Positions 16,806 through 24,778 of a stretch of 33,020 bases of DNA are shown here, piece by piece. The translations under genes and the position numbers were made by a program. The notes under the pieces were generated by a model. The model was not told the DNA's origin, did no database searches, and saw nothing but the letters and a program-made list of their open reading frames with translations. Origin of the DNA: Elusimicrobiota bacterium (GTDB taxonomy: Bacteria; Elusimicrobiota; Elusimicrobia; UBA1565); NCBI GenBank assembly GCA_043827405.1, contig JBDRPD010000092.1:1-33020 (forward strand), read 5' to 3'. Every line of letters starts with the position of its first letter. The first letter of the stretch is position 1.

Positions 16806-17834
16806 ATGAGCGCGGCCCGCCTGACTTTCCAGCGAACGGACTACCGCTACGCTTTCCCTAAAAGCCTGATCGCGGCGGCGCCCGCCGAACCGCGCGACGC
16901 ATCGCGCCTGCTGGTGCTCGACCGGAGGCAAAGCACGCTCGCGCACCGCACCTTCAGCGAGCTGCCGGAATACCTCGACGCCGGCGACTGCCTGGTACTC
17001 AACCGGAGCAAGGTCGTACCGGCCCGGCTGGTCGGCCGCAAACCTACCGGAGGCAAAGCGGAACTGCTGGTGGTGCGCGGCGCGCAAGACGGCCGCTGGC
17101 ACGTCCTCTCGGCCGATCTAAAACCGGGCGGACGCGTCGAGCTCGCCGACGGCGCAACGGCCGTCGCGGAGTCCCGCACCCCGGACGGCGGCTGGCTGAT
17201 GCGCTTCTCCGCTGCGGACGTTCCCGCTTTGCTGCGCCGCTGCGGCGAGGCGCCGCTGCCGCCGTATATCCGCAAGCGGCGGCGCGCCGCCGGCGGCGGC
17301 GCGGTCGACGACCTCGACCGCTACCAGACCGTCTATGCGCGCGAGGAAGGCTCGATCGCCGCGCCGACGGCGGGGCTCCACTTCACCCCGGAGCTGCTCG
17401 CGCGGCTGCGCACGCAGGGAGTCCGCATCGTTGAGATCATCCTGCATGTCGGGCTCGGGACTTTCCTGCCGGTCAGCGCCGACGATATCCGCGAGCACGC
17501 CATGCTGGCGGAAGCCTTCACCGTCCCGGCGCCGGCGCGTGCGGCGATCGCCGAGACGCGCCGGCAGGGCGCGCGCGTCATCGCGGTGGGAACGACGGCG
17601 ACGCGCACGCTGGAAACAGGCGGCGACCGGGGAGAAACGGATATCTTCATCCGCCCCGGACACCGGTTCAGCGCGGTCGACGCCCTGCTCACGAACTTCC
17701 ACCAGCCGGAATCGACGCCGCTGCTGCTCGCCTGCGCCTTCGCCGGCCGCGACCGGATTATGGCGGCCTACCGCGAGGCGATCGAGCGCGAGTACCGGCT
17801 GTTCTCCTACGGCGATTCGATGCTGATACTTTAA
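16806..17834 (+). CDS. queA: S-adenosylmethionine:tRNA ribosyltransferase-isomerase
   Basis: RDASRLLVL, PLPPYI, RYQTVYA..GSIAAPTAGLHF, LHVGLGTF, AVGTT, TNFH, YRLFSYGDSM. Confidence 0.97.
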   Translation: MSAARLTFQRTDYRYAFPKSLIAAAPAEPRDASRLLVLDRRQSTLAHRTFSELPEYLDAGDCLVLNRSKVVPARLVGRKPTGGKAELLVVRGAQDGRWHVLSADLKPGGRVELADGATAVAESRTPDGGWLMRFSAADVPALLRRCGEAPLPPYIRKRRRAAGGGAVDDLDRYQTVYAREEGSIAAPTAGLHFTPELLARLRTQGVRIVEIILHVGLGTFLPVSADDIREHAMLAEAFTVPAPARAAIAETRRQGARVIAVGTTATRTLETGGDRGETDIFIRPGHRFSAVDALLTNFHQPESTPLLLACAFAGRDRIMAAYREAIEREYRLFSYGDSMLIL

Positions 17835-18967
17835 TGGCCAACGGACCCTTCGAGATCACCGCCCGCGACCCCGCAAGCCGCGCCCGCACGGGGCTGCTGC
17901 GCACCGCGCACGGCGAGGTCGAGACCCCGGTATTCATGCCGGTGGCGACCCAAGGCTCGGTGAAGGCGCTGTGCCAAGAGGACCTAAACGCTCTCGGGGT
18001 GAGCGCCATTCTTTCCAACTCCTACCATCTTTATCTGCGGCCGGGAGCCGAGGTGATAGAGAACGCCGGCGGGCTGCACTCATTTATGAGCTATCCCGGC
18101 ACCATCCTCACCGATTCCGGAGGCTACCAGGTCTTCAGCCTGGCCGACCTGCGCCGACTTGACGACGACGGGGTCGTCTTCCAGTCGCACCTGGACGGCT
18201 CGCGCCACGAGCTCACTCCCGAGAGCGTCATCCGCCTGCAGTCCCGTCTCGGCTCCGACATCTGGACGACGCTGGACGAATGCCCCCCCTACCCCTGCGA
18301 GCTCAGCACGGCGGAGGATGCGCTGCGGCGGACGACGCGCTGGACCGAACGCTCGGTACCTATTTTTGCGGAAGAAAACGCCAAGCGCGAAAAGCCGGCG
18401 CTGTTTTTCCCCATCCTCCAGGGGTGGCTTGATCCGCGGCTGCGGGAGCGCGCCGCCGAGCATATGGCCGGCGTCGCACATCAAGGGGTGAGCCTCGGCG
18501 GCTTTTCCGTCGGCGAGCCCAAAGAGCTGACCTGGTCCACATTGGATCGCACTACCGCCGCCCTCGCCGAGGACAAGCCGCGCTACCTTATGGGCATGGG
18601 CGCGCCCGAGGACCTGTGGGAAGCCGTGAGCCTCGGCGTCGACATGATGGACTGCGTATGGCCGACGCGCATCGCGCGCAACGGACAGGTCATGACCGCC
18701 GCCGGACGCATTAATATCAAGAACACGCCGTTTCGCAGCGATGATTCGCCCTTGGACCCGGAATGTCCCTGCTTTGTCTGCCGCGGCTACAGCCGGGCCT
18801 ACCTATGCCACCTGTTCCGCGCCAAAGAACTGTCCGCCTTCCGGCTGCTGACCATCCATAACCTCACCTTCAGCCTCGGCATCATGCGGACCATAAGGAA
18901 GGCGATTCGCGCCGGCCGCTTCCTTGAAGAAAAGAAGACTTTTCTCTCCAAGTACAACGGCAATTAG
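17834..18967 (+). CDS. tgt: tRNA-guanine transglycosylase
   Basis: ETPVFMPV, TDSGGYQVFSL, DECPPYP, SVGE, PRYLMG, DCVWPTR.ARNG, zinc site CPCFVC...H. Confidence 0.97.
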   Translation: MANGPFEITARDPASRARTGLLRTAHGEVETPVFMPVATQGSVKALCQEDLNALGVSAILSNSYHLYLRPGAEVIENAGGLHSFMSYPGTILTDSGGYQVFSLADLRRLDDDGVVFQSHLDGSRHELTPESVIRLQSRLGSDIWTTLDECPPYPCELSTAEDALRRTTRWTERSVPIFAEENAKREKPALFFPILQGWLDPRLRERAAEHMAGVAHQGVSLGGFSVGEPKELTWSTLDRTTAALAEDKPRYLMGMGAPEDLWEAVSLGVDMMDCVWPTRIARNGQVMTAAGRINIKNTPFRSDDSPLDPECPCFVCRGYSRAYLCHLFRAKELSAFRLLTIHNLTFSLGIMRTIRKAIRAGRFLEEKKTFLSKYNGN

Positions 18968-18995
18968 CCGAGCTGGCAATCAGGATCTATATTTA

Positions 18996-19004
18996 TGCTA
19001 GAAT
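18996..19004 (+). promoter_or_regulatory. Extended -10 internal promoter for yajC-secDF
   Basis: TG-C-TAGAAT in an AT-rich gap. GGAG SD before yajC. Confidence 0.55.
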
Positions 19005-19048
19005 AGCCTGATTTTACTGGAACTATCCTTACTTTTCTGGAGCGCACG

Positions 19049-19354
19049 ATGAACCCAGCCGCACAGCCGTCGCCCATTATGAGCTTTGTCCCGATCATAG
19101 CGATCTTCCTGATTTTCTACTTTCTGGTGATTCGCCCCCAGCAAAAACAGATGCAGGAGCAGAAGAAAATGCTGGACGGACTGAGCAAGGGCGATCGCAT
19201 CCAGACCAGCGGCGGCATCCATGCCACCGTCACGGCGGTACAGGGCCAGGACCTTATAATCAAGATCGCCGAAGGCGTCAAGATCACCATCGCCCGGTCC
19301 TGCGTCGCCAAGCTCCTTAACAAGCCGGAAATCGTCGCGAACAGCAAGCAATAA
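19049..19354 (+). CDS. yajC: Preprotein translocase subunit YajC
   Basis: IFYFLVIRPQQK, L.KGD...T.GGI. Located between tgt and secD. Confidence 0.96.
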   Translation: MNPAAQPSPIMSFVPIIAIFLIFYFLVIRPQQKQMQEQKKMLDGLSKGDRIQTSGGIHATVTAVQGQDLIIKIAEGVKITIARSCVAKLLNKPEIVANSKQ

Positions 19355-19386
19355 ATCTCGGAGCAATTAGCTCAGGACACCAGGAA

Positions 19387-20811
19387 ATGACGAAAATTCA
19401 AGTAAAGTGGGCCGGCGTCGCGCTGCTTGTGGCCGCCGCCATGTTCCTTTTATACCCGACCATAGACTGGTACTCGATGGAGGCCCCGCAGCGGGACCGG
19501 CTCATCGCCAGCCAGATGCGGCCGAAGAGGCTGCTGAACCTGGGACTGGACCTGCAGGGCGGCAGTCACCTGCTGATGGAGCTCGACGTCGCCGAGCTCC
19601 CCCCAGATGCCGACATCGTGGACGCGCTCAACCGCGCCATCGAGATCATCCGCAACCGCATCGACCAGATCGGCGTAGCCGAGCCGCTGATCGCCCGCCA
19701 GGGCCAGCGCTGGATCGTCGTCCAGCTGCCCGGCATCAAGGACTCCGCCGCCGCCAAAAAGCTCATCGGCAAGACAGCGCTGCTTGAGTTCCGCATGGTC
19801 AATGCCACGGACGAGGCGCAGAAAGCCCTGCAGGATGTCTACGCCCTGGGCCAGGATCCGTTCATCCGCGACGCCGGCCGGATATACGCCTCGACCGCCG
19901 CGGCGGCCGTAGTGCCCGACGGGTCGACGCTGTTTCCCGGACGGAACAACAACTTCTTCATTCTCAAAGACACCGTCCCCCTGACCGGCGCCCAGCTGGA
20001 TTCGGCGCGCGTCGAGACCGGCAACAACGGGCTGCCGATCGTGGCCTTCAAGTTCAAGCCGGAAGGCGGCCGCATCTTCGGCGACCTGACGGCGGCCAAC
20101 GTCGGCAATAATATGGCGATCGTCCTCGACGGCATCGTATTCTCGGCGCCCGTCATCCGCGGCCCGATCCGCGGCGGCAGCGGCATCATCGAAGGCAACT
20201 TCCAGATGGAGGAGGCGCGCAACCTCGCCATCGTCCTGCGCGCCGGCGCCCTGCCCGCCCCCCTAAAAATCATCGAGGAGCGGACGGTCGGCGCCACCCT
20301 GGGCGAGGATTCGATCCGCATGGGCCTGCGGGCCTGCCTGCTCGGCGGCCTGGTCGTCCTGGTCTTCATGATCTTCTACTACAAGGTGGCGGGGTTCTTC
20401 GCCGACACGGCGATGATCCTCAACCTCCTGTTCGTCCTCGGGATGATGGCCTACTTCAACGCCACGCTGACTTTGCCCGGCATCGCCGGCATCCTGCTGA
20501 CCGTCGGCATGGCGATCGACGCCAATGTCCTGATCTACGAGCGCATCCGCGAGGAGCTCGACGTCGGCAAGCCGACGCGCATCGCGGTGGACGCCGGCTA
20601 CGACAAGGCGTTCTCCGCGATCCTGGACTCCAATGTGACGACGCTCGTCGCGGCTCTTTTCCTGTTCCAGTTCGGCACGGGACCGATCAAGGGCTTCGCG
20701 GTGACGCTGACTCTCGGCATCCTGTGCAGCATGTTCACGGCGATCGTGGTGACGCGCATGATGTTCCAGACGTACCTAGCCTCCGGACCGATCGACGAGC
20801 TGAGTATCTAA
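19387..20811 (+). CDS. secD: Protein translocase subunit SecD
   Basis: LNLGLDLQGG, IIRNRID..GVAEP, LRAGALPAP, TLPGIAG..LTVGMAIDANVLIYERIREE, GTGPIKGFA. Confidence 0.97.
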   Translation: MTKIQVKWAGVALLVAAAMFLLYPTIDWYSMEAPQRDRLIASQMRPKRLLNLGLDLQGGSHLLMELDVAELPPDADIVDALNRAIEIIRNRIDQIGVAEPLIARQGQRWIVVQLPGIKDSAAAKKLIGKTALLEFRMVNATDEAQKALQDVYALGQDPFIRDAGRIYASTAAAAVVPDGSTLFPGRNNNFFILKDTVPLTGAQLDSARVETGNNGLPIVAFKFKPEGGRIFGDLTAANVGNNMAIVLDGIVFSAPVIRGPIRGGSGIIEGNFQMEEARNLAIVLRAGALPAPLKIIEERTVGATLGEDSIRMGLRACLLGGLVVLVFMIFYYKVAGFFADTAMILNLLFVLGMMAYFNATLTLPGIAGILLTVGMAIDANVLIYERIREELDVGKPTRIAVDAGYDKAFSAILDSNVTTLVAALFLFQFGTGPIKGFAVTLTLGILCSMFTAIVVTRMMFQTYLASGPIDELSI

Positions 20812-20813
20812 CT

Positions 20814-21806
20814 ATGCGCATTTTTAATGAAAAACCCGACTTCGACTTCGTAGGGAACCGCTTCAAGTTCTTCGCCCTCTCCGGCCTGCTTCTGGGCGTC
20901 AGCGTCGTGTCGCTGGCGACGCGCGGGCTCAACTGGGGCATCGACTTCACGGGCGGCAGCATCGTGCAGCTCACGTTTGAGAAACCGCAGGAGCTACAGG
21001 GGCTGCGGTCTGACGTTATGAAGGCGGGCTACTCCGACGCCATCATCCAGCAGTTCACCGGCTCCAACGCCTTTTCGATCCGCCTCAAGGGCGAGATGCA
21101 GCAGAGCGCCGAAACGATCGAACAGTTCCTGACCGACCTGCGCGAGGTCCGGCCGAGCGAGAAGTTCGTCGTCGACCAGAAAGAGTTCGTCGGGCCGACC
21201 GTCGGCCGCCACCTCTACAAGCAGGCCTTGTTCGCGGTGGTATTCTCCATGCTCGGCATCGTCGCCTACGTCGCCTTCCGCTTCTCCAACCCGCTGTGGG
21301 GCTTCGCCGGCATCCTCGCCCTGGGACACGATGTGCTGTTCGCGCTGGGCCTGTCCTCGGTGCTGCAGCTGGAGGTCGACTTGATCCTGGTCGCCGCGGT
21401 GCTCACCATCGCCGGCTATTCGATCAATGACTCGATCGTCATCTTCGACCGGCTGCGCGAGAAAATGCGCGGCATGCGCCGGTGCGCGATGTCCGAGATC
21501 CTTAATACCGGCATCAACGAGACGCTGTCGCGCACCTTGATCACTTCCTTGACGACCTTCTTCACCGTGCTGACCCTCGTCGTCATCGGCGGCTCCGTAA
21601 TCCATGACTTCGCGCTGATTTTATGCGCCGGCGTCCTCGTCGGCACCTATTCCAGCGTCGCGATCGCCGCGCCCTCGGTCTACCAGTGGGAGCAGTACCG
21701 TACGCGCAAGCCCGGAGCGGGCCCGCAAGCGGCTCCTTCCGGCCCGTCCGCCAAAAGCGACGGCGGAAGAAAGGGCCGCCGGGAAAGACGGAAGGGGCGC
21801 CAATGA
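20814..21806 (+). CDS. secF: Protein translocase subunit SecF
   Basis: GIDFTGG, VGPTVG, HDV, LTIAGYSINDSIVIFDRLRE, TLSRT..TS.TT, GTYSS. Start set at ATG 20814. Confidence 0.96.
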   Translation: MRIFNEKPDFDFVGNRFKFFALSGLLLGVSVVSLATRGLNWGIDFTGGSIVQLTFEKPQELQGLRSDVMKAGYSDAIIQQFTGSNAFSIRLKGEMQQSAETIEQFLTDLREVRPSEKFVVDQKEFVGPTVGRHLYKQALFAVVFSMLGIVAYVAFRFSNPLWGFAGILALGHDVLFALGLSSVLQLEVDLILVAAVLTIAGYSINDSIVIFDRLREKMRGMRRCAMSEILNTGINETLSRTLITSLTTFFTVLTLVVIGGSVIHDFALILCAGVLVGTYSSVAIAAPSVYQWEQYRTRKPGAGPQAAPSGPSAKSDGGRKGRRERRKGRQ

Positions 21807-22402
21807 AGAAGATTCGCAACTTCAATCTGCGGCTGCATTTCAAGGAAATCCGTCAACGGGCCAAGCGGAAGTTCGATCTGAACAAAATCGGCTTGGACGA
21901 TGATGGGCTGAGCCGGCTGATCGACGATGTCGAAAAACGCCTCAAGCCCGCGGTGATCTACGAATCCTTCGGCCCCGAGGCCGAAGACACCGCCAAACTG
22001 GCGCCGGTCCCCGGCCTCGCGCATACCCTGGGCATCGCCACCCTCGGACCGGACCTGCTGCCCTACGTAATTGAAACCCGCGAGGCCAGCGAGCAGCGCG
22101 GCCTGCTGCTTGAGTTTATCGCGGCCTCCGCGCTGCGCCAGGCGGTCAACTTCATCATCTCGCTGCTCAAGGACGATCTGGAGGCCGAGCGCTGCGAGCT
22201 CAGCCCGATCGAATATCTTGACAGCCCGGAGCAGTCGGCGGCGGTCCATGCCAAGCTCGACGGCGGCAAAATCCTCGTCGAGCTTAAAGACGGCGCGCTG
22301 CGGCCCGAGCACTCGGCGGCCTTCTGCGTCAGCTGGCTGGCCAAACGCCGCGGCGGCGCCAAGAAGCGCCCGAAAGCCTCCTCCGGCGGGCGCCGGGTCT
22401 AA
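21803..22402 (+). CDS. Hypothetical protein resembling a stand-alone methionine-synthase activation-domain-like protein
   Basis: ATGA overlap with secF. LKPAVIYESF, IATLG, a helical middle and L.PEHSAAF near the C-terminus recall the MetH reactivation-domain-like family. Recognition by eye only. Confidence 0.55.
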   Translation: MKKIRNFNLRLHFKEIRQRAKRKFDLNKIGLDDDGLSRLIDDVEKRLKPAVIYESFGPEAEDTAKLAPVPGLAHTLGIATLGPDLLPYVIETREASEQRGLLLEFIAASALRQAVNFIISLLKDDLEAERCELSPIEYLDSPEQSAAVHAKLDGGKILVELKDGALRPEHSAAFCVSWLAKRRGGAKKRPKASSGGRRV

Positions 22403-23047
22403 TTGGGCGGCTTCCTTCGCACCCTCGCACCGTATCTCGCCTATTGCATCATTTCATTCGTCGGCTGGACCTCGCGCATCCGCTACCATGGGCTCGAGCA
22501 TCTCCTGGCGATGCGCAAGGTAGGACGAGGCTATATCTACTGCTTCTGGCATCAGCGCCAGGTGCTGTTCACCTATACCCATCGCGACCTCGGCGCCAGC
22601 GTCCTGGTCAGCCGCAGCCGGGACGGAGAGATCATCGCCGAAACCATGCGGCTGTCGCGAATCGGCGCCGTCCGCGGTTCCTCCTCGCGCGGCGGCGGCG
22701 AGGCGGCTCTGAAGATGGCCAAGCTGCTGGCTGAGGGGCGGGCCGTCGGGCTGACTCCTGACGGGCCCAAGGGGCCCGCCCGCGAGATCAAGAAGGGCGT
22801 GCTCTATCTGGCCCGGAAGTCCGGCTGCCCGATACTCCCGCTCACCAATTCCACCAGCCGCAAGCTCGTTTTCCGAAAATCGTGGGACAGCTTTCATGTG
22901 CCGCTGCCGTTTGCCGACAGCAACATATATTACGGGCATCCCGTTCACGTCGGCCCCGATGATGATCTCGATGCGAAAGCCCGGGAGCTCGAGTCGGTCT
23001 TAAACGAGATCACGGAAAAAGCCGACCGGCTCGTTGAAACCCGATGA
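22403..23047 (+). CDS. DUF374 lysophospholipid acyltransferase (LpxJ-like lipid A acyltransferase candidate)
   Basis: FWH, SRSRDGEII, RGSSSRGG, TPDGPKGP, SWD...PLPF. Adjacent to waaA. Confidence 0.9.
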   Translation: MGGFLRTLAPYLAYCIISFVGWTSRIRYHGLEHLLAMRKVGRGYIYCFWHQRQVLFTYTHRDLGASVLVSRSRDGEIIAETMRLSRIGAVRGSSSRGGGEAALKMAKLLAEGRAVGLTPDGPKGPAREIKKGVLYLARKSGCPILPLTNSTSRKLVFRKSWDSFHVPLPFADSNIYYGHPVHVGPDDDLDAKARELESVLNEITEKADRLVETR

Positions 23048-24354
23048 TGATGCTCTGGTATCAGCTCCTCTATCCGGCGATCGCCGCGGGAGTACTGCTG
23101 CGCATTCTGCTGGCCGGCAGGTCGCAGGCCCTGCGTGAAGGCTGGCCGGAAATCCGCCAGCGCTGCGGCTGTCCGGCGCCGGAAAAGCTCAGCGGTCTGG
23201 ACGGCGGCGAAACAATATGGATCCACGCCGCCTCGGTCGGAGAGGTGATCGCCGCCGAGCCGCTGGTGCGCCTGCTCGCCGCGGCCGAGGGAGAGCGCCG
23301 CCTACTCATGACCACCTCCACCGTCGCCGGCCGCGAGCGCGCCGCCAAGATCAGCGGCGTCAATGCCGCGGTCCTGCTGCCGATGGATTTTCTGCCGGCG
23401 GTCAACGCCTTCCTCGACCGCATACGGCCGCGGTCGCTCATCCTGATGGAAAAGGAATTCTGGCCGATGCTGCTGCATGCCGCCCTCGGACGCGGCGTCA
23501 AGGTCGGCGTCGCCAACGGCCGGATCACCGAGCGCTCCGCACGGCGCTACGGATGGATCGGCGGACTGCTGGCCGCCAGCTTCGCCCGCTTCACGCGGGT
23601 AACGGCGCAGACGGACGCCGACGCCGAGCGTTTCCGCTCGCTCGGCATACCCGCCGCCGCCGTCGCGGCGACCGGCAATATGAAGTATGACCTGCCCATG
23701 CCTTCCGCCGAAGCGCTCGCCGCCGCCCAAGAGAAGCTCGACGAGCTCGGCTGGTCGGAAAGCCGCATCTGGGTCGCCGGCAGTACCCGGCGCGGCGAAG
23801 AGGAGATGGTCCTGGATGCATTCCTCAAAGCGGTGGAGAAGTTTCCCAATCTCAAGCTCATTCTCGCCCCCCGCCATACCGAGCGCAGCAAGGAAGTCGC
23901 GACCTTGCTGCGCGCCAAGGGCGTCCGCTCCGTCAGCTGGTCGCAGCTCCTCCCCTTTCAGGCGGACCCCGCCTGCCTGCTCATCGACACCATGGGCGTG
24001 CTCGGAGCTTTGTATTCGACCGCCGACGCCGCCTTCGTAGGCGGGACCTTGGTGCGCGTCGGCGGACACAATCTGCTCGAACCGGCCATGCTCGCCAAGC
24101 CCGTCCTCTACGGTCCGTTTACCGCCCATACGCAAGCGGTGGCCGAAGCCCTGCGCGCGGTGGGAGGCGGTTTCGTAGTCCACAACACGGAAGAGCTGTT
24201 TACCGAACTGCAGCGCCTGCTGCAGGACGAGGATCACCGCCGGGCGACGGCGCAGAAAGCCCTTATCACGGCGGAATCCTTCACCGGCGCGACCCGCAGG
24301 ACGTACGAGCACCTTCGTCCCGTGCTGGAGCCCGACAAAAACAAGGAGACATAG
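23044..24354 (+). CDS. waaA: Kdo transferase
   Basis: IWIHAASVGE, P.D, E.EFWP, NGRI, TGNMKYD, AGST, APRH.ER, DTMG.L, GGHNLLEPA. Confidence 0.96.
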   Translation: MMMLWYQLLYPAIAAGVLLRILLAGRSQALREGWPEIRQRCGCPAPEKLSGLDGGETIWIHAASVGEVIAAEPLVRLLAAAEGERRLLMTTSTVAGRERAAKISGVNAAVLLPMDFLPAVNAFLDRIRPRSLILMEKEFWPMLLHAALGRGVKVGVANGRITERSARRYGWIGGLLAASFARFTRVTAQTDADAERFRSLGIPAAAVAATGNMKYDLPMPSAEALAAAQEKLDELGWSESRIWVAGSTRRGEEEMVLDAFLKAVEKFPNLKLILAPRHTERSKEVATLLRAKGVRSVSWSQLLPFQADPACLLIDTMGVLGALYSTADAAFVGGTLVRVGGHNLLEPAMLAKPVLYGPFTAHTQAVAEALRAVGGGFVVHNTEELFTELQRLLQDEDHRRATAQKALITAESFTGATRRTYEHLRPVLEPDKNKET

Positions 24355-24356
24355 TC

Positions 24357-24701
24357 ATGAAACGTTCATTCTTGATGGTCTTTTTCGCATGCCTGACCCT
24401 GTCGCTTATGGCGGGAACCGCCTGGGTGGCGCAGCGGGGCAGCAAAAGCTCAGTTGAGGATTTGAGCGTCGAGACCTATCAAATCCATAACGCCAACCAG
24501 GACGCACTCGACCGCACGGAACGCCGGCACATCGTCCGGGTACCCGATGAATACGGACAGTTGGTCCACATTACGGAAAACAACGACGGGGTAAATCTCT
24601 GGTTCGACAATGAAGGAGTGGTCCGCAATGTGGGAGTCAGCCGCGGCAAGGTGCTGATCCGCCGCGGAGTGCTTTTCTTCGACGAATCAGTACCGGAATA
24701 G
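24357..24701 (+). CDS. Small exported hypothetical protein
   Basis: AGGAG SD upstream, signal-like MKRSFLMVFFACLTLSLMAGTA, fills the gap between waaA and the next promoter. Confidence 0.75.
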   Translation: MKRSFLMVFFACLTLSLMAGTAWVAQRGSKSSVEDLSVETYQIHNANQDALDRTERRHIVRVPDEYGQLVHITENNDGVNLWFDNEGVVRNVGVSRGKVLIRRGVLFFDESVPE

Positions 24702-24727
24702 GTGTTTCCAGAGATTCTGTCGTAAAT

Positions 24728-24736
24728 TGCTATAAT
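24728..24736 (+). promoter_or_regulatory. Consensus extended -10 promoter for the LPS core operon
   Basis: TG-C-TATAAT in an AT-rich intergenic gap. Confidence 0.65.
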
Positions 24737-24778
24737 TTTATGCAACGCTCGTACGCGCGCGCGAGTGTTACATTAAAG

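Noticed and set aside
17834..18967. Tgt substitutions (QGW, GGFSVGE) as altered base specificity or DpdA-like function
   Set aside because: Catalytic Asp residues, the DEC Cys, the SVGE Val and the zinc site are retained, and queA is adjacent, so canonical preQ1 Tgt is most likely.
24715..24730. Possible sigma54 promoter (TTGC at -12)
   Set aside because: Lacks the invariant GG at -24.
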